In this document: in pieces, positions 1-11,900 of the stretch
How positions within the stretch are numbered: position 1 is the stretch's first letter
Layout: each line of letters begins with the position of its first letter
Assembly: GCA_001643675.2 (NCBI GenBank)
Contig: LSRY02000017.1
Span: 682,001-746,000, forward strand
Origin: Monocercomonoides exilis PA203
Taxonomy: Eukaryota > Protista > Preaxostyla
Length of the DNA stretch: 64,000 nt
Direction: 5' to 3'
Program-made: the position numbers and the translations under genes
Notes under the pieces: generated by a model
Told to the model about the DNA's origin: nothing
Database searches by the model: none
The model's input: the letters and a program-made list of their open reading frames with translations, nothing else

Positions 1-249
1 AATAAAATAAATTAATATTAAAAAGTTGAGGAAAATCTTTTAAAAGATTGTGTGGAACAAATTTCTTAAAGCAAAAAATTTCATCCCATCTCTAAAATTG
101 AGGAAATAGCTCAAGACTTCTAAAACGATGTTTGATAATAAGAAAAAATTATTTCGAAACAAGAAAAAGTTAAAATTTTTTTGTAATAATTTATTTTTTT
201 TTGTTTAAAAAGAATTTCTGGAGATTAATTTCTTTCAAAAACCTAAATA

Positions 250-2260
250 GGGTCATATTTTTATATGATCCGATTTTTTTTATTCGATCCTATTTTTATA
301 AAATCAATTATTCAGCCACCCACATTTCGATTTATTAATAGTATTTTTGGTATATAAGAAAAATATTAGCAACAGAATAAATATATTTAAATGCATAACC
401 TGTTTCTTATGGGGATGAAATGGGGGGGGGGAGCCTCCCGTTGAAATTCCATCAGTTACAGGTTTTTTCAAATGAATTAAATTCAAAAAAATACGCATTT
501 AATGTTCAAAAAATTAAATTTCAATGAAAATTGAAATTTATAATAATAAAATAAATAAATTGGCTTAATGATCATAACCCAAAAAATAAAAAATGAAAAA
601 GAAAGTTGCGAGGAAATCTACTGCGGGTCAGCTGAAGCTGCGTGAGGCGATGCTATCATTCAAATATCGGTAATTTCGGAATCCACTGGAGCGAATGGCG
701 CATATTGTTAACGATGGAGCTGAGCGTATGGTGGATGCATATAACAACAAAAAATTCGGCAAAATTCGAATAAAGCGTGCGGTGAAGGCTGTTCGGCAAG
801 GCAGACTAGTTTCTAAAATTGTAAGACCTGCTGTGGTCATTGGCGAAAAAGAGCAAACAGCACTGGACGAAATAAAAATAGAATCACTGTCTGGAGCAAG
901 CTTAACCATCAAGAAAATGCGTGAACTGGTTTGCATAAATATCCTTTGAAATGTATTAATTAATATTAATTAGATTGAAAACGTTGTTAATGATTTGAAA
1001 CCAGAAAACAGGCCAGATGTTAAAGTTTCTGAGTCAGTTGCCTACGATTTCATCAAACGACATCCAGAGCTGAAGGCATCAAAGCCGAAAATTGTTGATG
1101 CAAACAGGCTCGCGGTATCATGCCAACAAGTTCTAAAGCCCTGGTATGATATGCTCAACGGATTACATCAGAACAACAGTTACAACAACGCACTGATTTT
1201 CAATGTGGACGAGTCTTCACTCAGGGTTCCCGATAGCTCCAATCGGAATGTTGTTCATCCGGCAAATGCAAAACCCGGTTTCGCAAAATCTGCGGCTCGA
1301 ATGGCGAATTCTACACTGATTGCAGCGGTTGCTGCTGATGGTCAATCACTTCCTTCAGTTATTCTGTGGCCGAGTCTCAAACTTCCTGATGACTTGAAGC
1401 CTCCTCAGTCTTCAAATCTTGAAATTTGGCCGAACAAATGCGGATGGATGGAATCCTTAACGTTTAGGAAGTATGCACTTACAATTTTTCTCCCTTCAAT
1501 TAAAGAAAGAAGGCAACACATGTCACTCGACGAATCGCACTGCTTGCTTCTAATCGACTCCCACATTTCTCGAGCAGATCCAACAATCTGGCGAGAGTTT
1601 AAAAAAGAAAATGTTGATGTTGTGACATTCGTCCCTCACAGCACATACATTTGCTAGCCACTGGACCGAGGCGTATTTGCCGTTCTCAAATCAGAGCTGA
1701 GTTCACAGAAAGAAGCACCTTCGTCGTCGTCTTCAGCAGCGAAAAGAACAGCTCTTGTTGAAGTTCTACAACAATCAATTCATTCGGCACCATCACCTTC
1801 TGTCATCAAGAGGGCATTCAAATGCAACGGAGTGCTGAAAGACTCGTCTGGGCCAGTTCTGATGAAGCTTCCTCAATCATCGACTTATCCTCTTCCTTCA
1901 CATAAAAATCGATTTGACTTCTACGGCAAAGAAATAACAGAAGAAAAGGCGCTAAATGAGTGGGATGATTATTTGAGTAAGAAAAGCGAAATGGAAAATG
2001 AAAAAGAAAACATTTCGGATGAAGAAAATGATGAAACAATGAATTTCACAAAAAAGCTGAAAAGAAAATTCAAAATACTTCAAGATGAGAACGACATTGA
2101 GAAAGAATCATCTGATGAAATTGAAAGAGGAAAGGGAAAAAGAAAAGTCATACGCAAATTGAATTCGAGTTTTGTATTTTTTTGAATTTTTTTTAGAATT
2201 TTTCATTTCGAAAAATTTGGGTACTAATAAAAAAAATGTGTACTAATAAAAATATGACCC
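250..2260 (+). mobile_element. pogo/Fot1-like (Tc1-mariner superfamily) DNA transposon, full length, TA-flanked
   Basis: Perfect 19-bp inverted repeat aatagggtcatatttttat (246-264) / ataaaaatatgaccctatt (2246-2264), which includes the flanking TA at 248-249 and 2261-2262. Short subterminal direct repeats: gatcc(g/t)attttt x2 on the left and gtactaataaaaa x2 on the right. It encloses a DDE_1-type transposase. Confidence 0.9.
593..2185 (+). pseudogene. DDE_1 (DD35D) transposase, interrupted by two in-frame stops, with one 45-nt intron
   Basis: ATG at 593. GT..AG intron 929-973 joins ORF 695-949 in frame to ORF 995-1657. Motifs FNVDES, LLIDSH and PHST..C*PLD, with 35 aa between D2 and D3. In-frame TAA 671-673 and TAG 1655-1657; the frame continues into ORF 1832-2185 and ends at TGA. 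Confidence 0.85.
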
Positions 2261-2939
2261 TATTCAATTTTTTCTGTGAAACATTAATTGGTTCAAAATG
2301 TTCATAACATTAATGAAACAAGATATTTTTTTTTAAAGAACGAAATAAAAATCATGATGAATGCATTGTGATTTATTGGTTTTTCATCTGTACAACAGAA
2401 ATTGCTCATTTTCTGAATAAAGCGATTTTCTATGTTCGAAACATGATTGCACAAAAAACCAAAGTACGGAAATCACCATATGAAGAAATATTTATTTTTC
2501 AAAATATAATAAAAGTAATTTTTTTTATCAAAAAGCGAACAAAAGCATAATTTCAAAACGAATCAGTTGTTCTATTTATTCAAAAGTCTCAAAAAATATA
2601 TCAACTGCTTATTTAAGGATCTCTCATCTGTTTCTCTGAATACCAGAGAAAGAACATCATGAAAAACTGATAAAACTCAAATGCATTTCTTTGTCAACTC
2701 AAACTCAATCATATTGTTTGAATCGCATAAACAAATGCAACTTGTCATGCCATTTCTAACTCCACTGAAAATCAAAAAGATGAATCAAAATAAAAAGAAA
2801 AATCGATAAATATCAGTTTATATCCAACTCGTCTCATTCTTCAACCTTCTTTTATTCGTTGCAATTCATTTGCTTTGCTTTCTGAGCTTTTGTTGGTTCC
2901 TTTTTTCGCAATTTATTCGTTGTTTTTTGGGGAAATTTC

Positions 2940-5900
2940 TTAAAAGCTAACTTCGAGCGAGCAGTTCGTCTCATAATTGCATTCTTTGCTATCAATATAG
3001 TACTGCAAATCAATAGCATCTGACATTGTCAACTGAGCTGCGCCAGCTGGGGCTTGACTAAAAAAATTTCGCTTGATTTCAACAAGTGTTGGGCGAGTAT
3101 TTGCCTGCGTGGCAAGGCTGCTTTTCAGAAGTTGCAAATACGTTGTTCCAATTGAGCTGATGTTTGGCCTTTCGCCGTTCACAATCTTTTGCCCAGCTGC
3201 CTCAGCCTCATACTCCCCAAATGGGATATCAAGCGTCAGACATTCCCACAGCATCATTCCTATCGAAAACACAACCGTCTTCTTTGTTGCTTGCTTCTTT
3301 GTTCCATTCATCAGTTCAGGCGCCTTCCACCTCATGCACTCTTTCCTGTCGTTTTCCTCATCTTCAAAGGCAGATGAAGGAGGCAAATTTCTGTTATTCT
3401 TATTCACAGTCGAGCAATCAGATGAAGATGTGATTATCGTTGAGGCTGACGAAATAGATGAAGAATCTGAATCTGATGAACAGTCAGAGTGCATCGCAAC
3501 GCAGATGACCATGTGTTCGGAGAACAGTACAATGAGAGGACTCAGATTGGCAAGAGAAGAAAGTGGGTTTTCCATTTCGTCAAAGGAGTGGAGGGCGAGG
3601 TTGGCTACCCAGAACAGGATTTGAGCAGCTGTCTGCTCCCTCTCCTCCAAAGTTCCTATTGCCATCTCCTTCTTGGCATTCCTTCCATGAAGCAGCATGA
3701 ACAGCGAATCCCTCAGATCCACAATCAGCTTTTCATGTGGCGATGAACAGGCCATTGCATCCACTAGATTCGACATGGATGAAGTTGTTGGGCAAAGACT
3801 CTCCGATCGAACAAATGTTGAATCTGTATCTGAAGTGTCTGTTGTTGAAGTGGATGAGATAGATGGCGAAGGAGTTCGCTTTCTTGTGTCTTCTTCTTCA
3901 ACTTTCTCCAGTGCCCATTCTGGGATCTTGTCTGAGTCTCTGCCCAATATATATTCAGTGGAGTCACATTCACTCAGCAAATGTTCTGATGACTCCGAAT
4001 GTTCCAAGCTTTTCGCATACACTCTGTTCTTGATCCTCTCTTCATTCTTCCTTTCTGCCTCTCTCTCCGCCCTTCGCCATTGCTCCTCGGGAGACATCTC
4101 CATCGTTGTCATCTCAATCAACTTCGGATCCTTCCTCACTGTGTCTTCCACAATGATTTCCAATTCCTCTGTTCTTCTCTTTTGTTTTCTCCATCGAACT
4201 GCCAAAACAACAGACACAACAAGAACTATCAAGAACAAAATAACAAATATGATGGCAATTATAAAAGCCCATGATTTTTGTTCTTTTCCTCCTTCAACAA
4301 TCCTTTCATTTCCATTTCCCTTTGTTTCGCTCGCATTCTTCAGAATGAATGGATTTGTTGAGGAAGGAGATTCTGCATTCCCAAACAAAATATACACACT
4401 CACCTCTATTTCATCTCCACAACTGCTGATAAAATCTTTTCCCACACTTACTTCTGCTTCTCTTTCCGATAAGAATCCATTTGCGTCAAAATCATGTGTT
4501 TCAATCTCTTTCTCTTCTCCATTTCTCTTCACAACTGAGAATGACAAGTTGCATGGAATAAGAATCATCCCTTTGAATGTCAGCTTCATTCTACCAGTTT
4601 CTTCTTTTCCTTCCACACTCTCCAATTTAGGAATAAAGAATGATGAATCTCTTTCGGAAGCAATTCCTTCAAAACTGCACCCATCATTCAACATCCAAAG
4701 AGACGTGTTTCTTTCCAATCCATCTCCTCCTTTCAAACTCAGCACATTCAATGTTCCTGAATCAGAACATATAATGTTTCTTCTCAGTGATGGATATCCT
4801 TCAATAAATGGATTATTGTTCTCAAATTTTCCATCATTAACGGTCAATGCCCCTCCACTCATTGTTATTCCACCTTCTGGTGAATTCGAGATTGTTGTAT
4901 CTTTCATCATCACGGAACTATTCAAGAAATCAACAATTGAACCATTCCACTGACAGATCTCATCTGCAATGTCGTTCATTTCTTCGATATTATCAATCAG
5001 GTTTCCCTCAAATTTACACGAATCCATCAAAACATTCTCAGTCAAAGCAATTGCCACTTGGCTACCCTTTGATGACTTTGATGAACACTCATGAAAAGAA
5101 CAGTTGCACATCTCAAAGTTAGTCATGTGTTGAGTTGTACAAACAATGCAAGATCCACTGGTTGATCTGCTGATGTTTGAGATTGATGATTGCGATAATG
5201 AAACAAACAAAGTTGGAAGGCTTCCTTCGAACGAGATCAGACTGTCATTTGGCAAAGTGATATTTGTGGCTATAAACTTTGAAATAATCACTTTCTCACT
5301 CTTTCCACATTCAATCACTGAGCTTGTGCTTCGGACTTTACAAATAGTCAGGTCTTCAAATGTTGCTCTTTCTAAATTAAATATCTGGAACACTGGCTTT
5401 GAGAATCCCAAATGCCAGACACTGCACTTTTCCGCCTCAAGCAATCCATTTTCAACAATCAGCAGCGAAAAGTCAAAAAGCGTTTGTGAGTTCTCCAATG
5501 ACCTGCTCTCTGACAGGAATGAAACAGATTCGAGAATGAGAGATCCATTCAGCTGATGTATCAAGCACGAACAGACAATATTTTCCATTTCATCGAAAAC
5601 AAATGACACCTTCTCAAGTCGAACAGACTCTGAAGTTGTCACAGCTCCTTCATCAGCAAAATCGATTTCATTCACTTTTATCTCGGCATTCCTATTCGAT
5701 TCCATTGACTTGATGGTCACCCTTTGAGCAGAGCATGAGCCAGCTAGTGTTGTTTCATTCCAGATATACAACTGTGAATAATCTGAAGGAATAACGTGGC
5801 TCACACCAATATCCAGCGATGAGCATGCACCCTTCATTTCCCCACAATTCTTGCTATTGCTGTTGTTCCACACAATCGAAGATACAAATATGAATTCGCT

Positions 5901-8900
5901 CCTGAACACATACACCATTCCCAACAGATCCTCTTCATCCCCATAATCATCTGATGTGCACCCCCATATCGCCAGATCCCTCACAAACGGATCTCCAAAA
6001 TTTATCAGGAACTGTGATTCACTTATCTGCGAGTCAAGGTCTGTGCACTTCACAAACACATCTCTCCCTTTCGATGCAACATTCTCCTTGAATGTGATGT
6101 TCGACAGCACAAATGGCAAAGACTTCTTTGCAACACTCAGTGTTTTTAAAAACAATCCTCCGCCTCTCCCGTTGTTCGAACAGAAGCAGTCTGTCACATG
6201 CGTGTAATTCACTTCCAATCTTCCCCTCTCATTGAGAAGGAAAAACACTCCTCCTCCTTCATTCGAATTTGTCGATCCGCAGTCGTTTATCGACGAATTC
6301 TCCATTTTCAATCTCACTTCATTCGGCATATCACAGCAAAGCAATGAAGGGTAATTAACAACACTGTGCTTCACATTTGCAAATGTGCATTGCTCATATT
6401 GAATATTCCATATTTCTTCTGAATTTTCATTCCCAACTCCAGAAATCACAATTTTTCTCATCGCAATTGCACTTTTCCCATTCAATGCAATATCCACAAA
6501 TGTGGTTTCGAATATTGACACTACACAATCAGGTGATATGCAAATAATTTCGTGCCTCGACACTAAATCTGATATCTTTGTCTTTTCAATCTCAACAATT
6601 CCATTTGAAGCAGATATCAGCACAAATGACAATTCACCTTCGGCATCATCAAGTGAATGAATTGAACAGCTCACAACGCTCGTTTTGATTGCATCGGTGC
6701 CTGTATGAATGAGGATGTTTGCTTCGTTATCAAAGTGGCTGGGGATTAGAATCCCCACTTCATTGAATAGAACAACTCCTTTGCATTCAACAGCAGCATC
6801 CTCATCCCCTTCAAGTGTTTGAGCAAATTGGATTTTGTCTGATTCCATATTTGTTCCTTCCAGCCTCATCCCACTCACATTCATTTCACTCCTCGCATCA
6901 CAAACACCTTGAATCGTCATTAGCTCAAGAAATGAATTACTACCTCGATTCAGCCCATAATCAACAGACTCACACGGAAGATTTGGAAACCCACACACAA
7001 CCACATTGTTTCCTTCCCGCGCAATATGCACAATCGACCCAATCTCTTTCCAGAAATTGATCAATGGGATTGAACACTCCTTGTTTTCCCCGTCGTACCC
7101 TTTCATCGAATCTTCGATTAGAGATTCAAGCATATCTTTCACGAATGGAAGTGTTTCATTCTTTACGCTGCTGGCAAGCGACGGAGACAAAATGAACAGA
7201 TCCTTCCCATTTTTCGCATTGTTTGGCTTATAAGATGAAAAAACAGGTGAGGATATCACAAATGCTGCTTCTTCTTCTTTCAGTATCTTCAGCATTATTC
7301 CTCCTCCATATCCAACACTTCCCTCTTCATATGGTGCTGTGCAACAATAAAACTTACATAAACTAATCAACAGATTCGTTTTCGAAGATGCTTCATAAAA
7401 AAGAGCACCTCCTCCAATCTCAGTTCCCTCCTCTCCAGAAATAGCACACCCTTCAAATGTGCAGTCATCTATTTCCACTTTGAAATCTCTTTCATCATTA
7501 TCATCCTCATTGTTCGTAATGCTGACGCATCCTCCACTTCCCTTCGAACGAGTGATCGATGAAAATGTGCATCCAGATATCTCTTCAATATTTCCGTTGT
7601 GACACTTAACAACACATCCATCACCAAATGTAATTTCTCCAAAATCGCTATTCGTCATATTCATCGAAGGTACACTTTCAGCATTCCCTTCAACAACGAA
7701 TACCGATAAATCTCCTTTTTTCATATTCATTGTTGCAAGCTCGACCACTTCCACAACCCCTCCAACAGCCTTCACAAACACTGTCGAAATAGGCTCAGTG
7801 CCTCCTTCCATCCCACATCCATTCAGTGTGAGCTTCCCTGAAAGACACTCAAACACACTTTCATGAAAGGTGAGCGATTTCTTCGAGGAAAATATAACTC
7901 CAGTCACAGACACTGAAACCGAGCTTTCAATCAATCCACTTTGCGGACCATCTTTCTGATCATAAATATCGCACTTCGTTTTATTCTCTTTTGATACAAT
8001 GCCCCATTCATTTTCAGTCAAGTTCAATTCTTCCTCAAAGACAAATGGATCGAGAATTGTAACATCCTTTTTCTTCCCTTCAAAGTGGATACATGATGCC
8101 TTCGTTATCGTGGTGCATGGAAATGACACAAACCCACACATCGAAAAATCATGACTTGATGCTCCTCCAACATATGCTGGAGCGGAAAAGTTATTCCACA
8201 AATACATCACCAGCGGAATAGCAAATATCTCGTTCAATGTTGATCTCTCAAATCCATTCAATTTTGTGAAGTTATTCAAATCAACCTCAAATCCAATTGT
8301 TCTCCTATCAATCACACTTGTGAGTTCATGAGCATTAATGAATATTTCTTTCCCCTCTCTCGCATCACATTCAGAAAATGAAACATCCTTCAAAATGAAT
8401 GAACGAGCTCCATCATCCAAATGAAGATAAATCCCTCCACCATATCCGTACGTTCCATCTGTACTTTGTATTGCTTTGCAATTTGTGAGTCTGAAGAAAT
8501 TGCTTTCATCATTTGAAGTAACTTGATTTGCTTGATCAGAGTTCGTCATGTTTCCCACGGTGAATGTCGACCCTTCTTCCAACTCGACCCACAACCCTCC
8601 TCCATTTCCCCCATTGCTCTCACAACCTGACATCATCCCTCCAACTATTTCCAGAGAGCATTCTCTCCCAATTGTGCATATTGCTGCTCCTCCATTTTCT
8701 CCGTTCCCTCTGAATCCACTCATTGAACTGTTTGTGAGTTTCAGCATCTTGGATGAATTTGTTGAAATCACTCGAATTGACCCTGTTGATGATTTCACTG
8801 AAAGTGTTGAATCTCTTATCGAAAAAGATGCTCCATTAGTCACTCCAAACAAAACACTATTAGCTGTCGAACTCATATCCTCAACACTCATGGAGGTGAA

Positions 8901-11900
8901 TGTGCCAGCAGCATTTCTTCCATCAAGATTAATCAGCGGACAGTTCCCAATTATCAAGGATAATACAACAAAAGATGTAACAGACACATCACCTGCTGAT
9001 ACAGATAAAAACACATAAGATAACGCTGACTGGGAGTCTTGAAAACTTAGTGAGCAGCTATTTACAGTAAATAATTGTGAGGAAGAACTGAAAAACGCTT
9101 CGTGGTTTGGAAGAACAGAAGGAATAGAGAAAATCAGTGAGCCCATATTCGCATTTGCACTGACTGTTATCATGCTATCACCAGTTCCATCTAGATCATC
9201 ACTTATATTCCATCCGCTGTTTCCATCTTTCCCCCTGATTGTGTGTTGGAAGGAGCCAAATGTCAGCTCATTTTTCAGTTCAATCATCCCATCGACAACA
9301 ATCTTCTTTTCACTTATTTGCCTTGTCAAACAATGCTTAAGAGTCAGACAGGGAAACTCAGCAAGCCCACAATGAGAATGATCAAATGAATCAGCGTTGC
9401 TCACGTAAATCTCATCTGACATAGGAATCAGATATACACAAAGTGGAATTGGAATTGAGTCATATCCATTGTCAAATCCTCGAATTTTGTTTATCGTGGA
9501 ATTCGAGACTGTCAATGAAAAGATCTTTCCACTTCTTGCTGTTGATTCCAAATCAATTGAATCAACAAAAATGTCGCTTCCCCATTTGGCCCTGTTTCCT
9601 TCAAATGCTGATGAAATCAGAAAGTCTGTACTAATATCCCTCACTTTCAGCCCAATCCCTCCTCCTCTGCCTTGTGTGGTTGACGCATGACAGTTCTTCG
9701 CAATTCCTCCTTTCACATTCAATGAACCCCCGCTTCCCACTTCAACCATCATACCCCCTCCAAAATCACAGTCTTCACTTCCACATCCATCAACCGTGCA
9801 TCCTTCAAAAGTTATTGAATGTGGCCCTTCACACATACTCATCAGAGATGATCCGGCTGTTGTTCTCACAATGTTGCTGAACATACAGTTATCCAGAGAC
9901 AGCAAAGCAGTTGACCCTTGTGAAAAAGATATCACACTTGTGGTGCTGAATGTTCGGCCCCATCTCACATCAAACATCTTCAACTCTCCTCCTTCCAGTT
10001 TCACAAGTGAGTTCTGAATGCTTCTCTCTTCTGAATGAGCTGCATCCATTGAAATATTCATTCGCTTCACATCCATCAACCCACTTCCCTGAACCTCAAA
10101 TAATCTGCATTGTCTGTTGTTTTCAAATGATGAATTGTGAATAACAGACAGATCACTCACAGCCAATTTCCCTGTTCCAACACAAAACAGACTCAATCCA
10201 TTTGATTCAAATATTGTTTCAATAGCTGTGCCTGGAAATGAAACCGCATTCACAGATATTGTTTTCTCACCAACATCAATACCTTTGCCTTCCACAACTG
10301 TTCCACTCAACACCTTAATTTCCTCCACAAACCCCACAATCATTTGGGAAAGACAATGGCTGATTGTCGAGCATGCATAGCTTTCATTCAATCCGCAGCT
10401 GAATGTGTCCTTCGCATTTGTCTGATTTTGAGTTGAAGCCACAAATCTGTTTCTTCCTCCTTCGTTAGGCAGCCATTCACTTTTATCCCCATCTGCATAA
10501 TATCTATTTCCATTTGATCCTGTGGAATAGCAGAAAATAGCCTGTGAGTCTGTGTTGTTGTCGAGAATGAAAATGTCATTGCCATATGGCGCTGTATTTC
10601 CGTGAAAAAAGCAAAACCACAAAAGATTTCCGTTATATCCATTTGTTTTAATGCATACAGCTCCACCATAAAGATCTGAATAGCACCCTTGAAAAAAACA
10701 GTTTCTCAAAACAACTTTATCAATTGTATTCCAATTATTAAAACATCCTCCACCCGTACTCGATGCATTATGTCCACTACAATTTTGGAAAAAACAATTC
10801 AATATGCAATCTTTCATTTTTGTTGTTTTTGATCTTAAAATATCAAGTCCTCCACCATCATTTCTGGACCATCCATCTTTGAACAAACAGTTTTCAACAA
10901 ATACTTGAACTGTCATTCCTTCAATTTCTGCTCCAGCACCTCCATAATCTGTGGAAGAGACACAATAACACTCAACAAATGTGGAATGTTTCACAGTGCA
11001 TTCTGCAATATTCAAAGCATATATTCCCCCTCCTCTTGTGGATGTTGCATTGCATTTCACAAACGATGAATTCTCAACAATTAGAGTTGCACTTGAATTG
11101 TCATGCACATATAGTGCTCCTCCACATATAGCAGAGCATTCAATCCATTCAGCATTCGTAAATTTCTGTGTCTTGGAAGTTTCAACCCTGTTTGCATTCC
11201 TCACTTTCTGATCCACTCTTTCATTCTGAACAAGTGTGCAATTGTTGCATGAAAATGAATCAGATCCTTCTGTTCCACTCACTATCCCTCCCTCAAGCAC
11301 ATTCACTGATCTTTCAACATCGCAATCTTCCATTGAACTCATCTTCATCATCCTCTCTTTTCCAGTTTGTATTGTATCTGTTTCACTAAATTTCCTTGTG
11401 ATATTCGCAAATGCACAGTTTTGGATTCCTTCAAAACTTCCTGAGCCATCTCTTAGAAAACTTCCACTCCCACAAAACACAACATCCTCAAACTCACTGT
11501 TTCTCACAAACAACTTCGGCAAATCACCCCCATCCATCTTCACTATACCCCACATCATTCCACATTCATGGCCATTCCCAACTCCCAAAGTTGTGTTTGT
11601 CAGCCAGCATGTCCCTCCATTCCTCACATAATGTCCATTCAACTCATTGTTTCTCACAAACACGCTCCCCTCAACCTTCAGCAATGATCCTGCTCTTATT
11701 TCAATCATCACACAATTATCTGGCTTTTCAAGCAACATCCCCTTCAATTCAACTGACGAGTTGTGTATTTCGCAGAACATTTGAACAACGCTTCTCCTCT
11801 CCAAAATACCACTCTTCTCCATTCTACGAACATGGAAAGCATCATATTCATTTCTCAATCTATCATTTCCATCTTTGCCACAAATTACTGAGGACAAACA

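Noticed and set aside
3073-4953. + strand ORFs of 183 and 418 aa
   Set aside because: Antisense to the 2994-aa receptor gene and explained by its codon bias.
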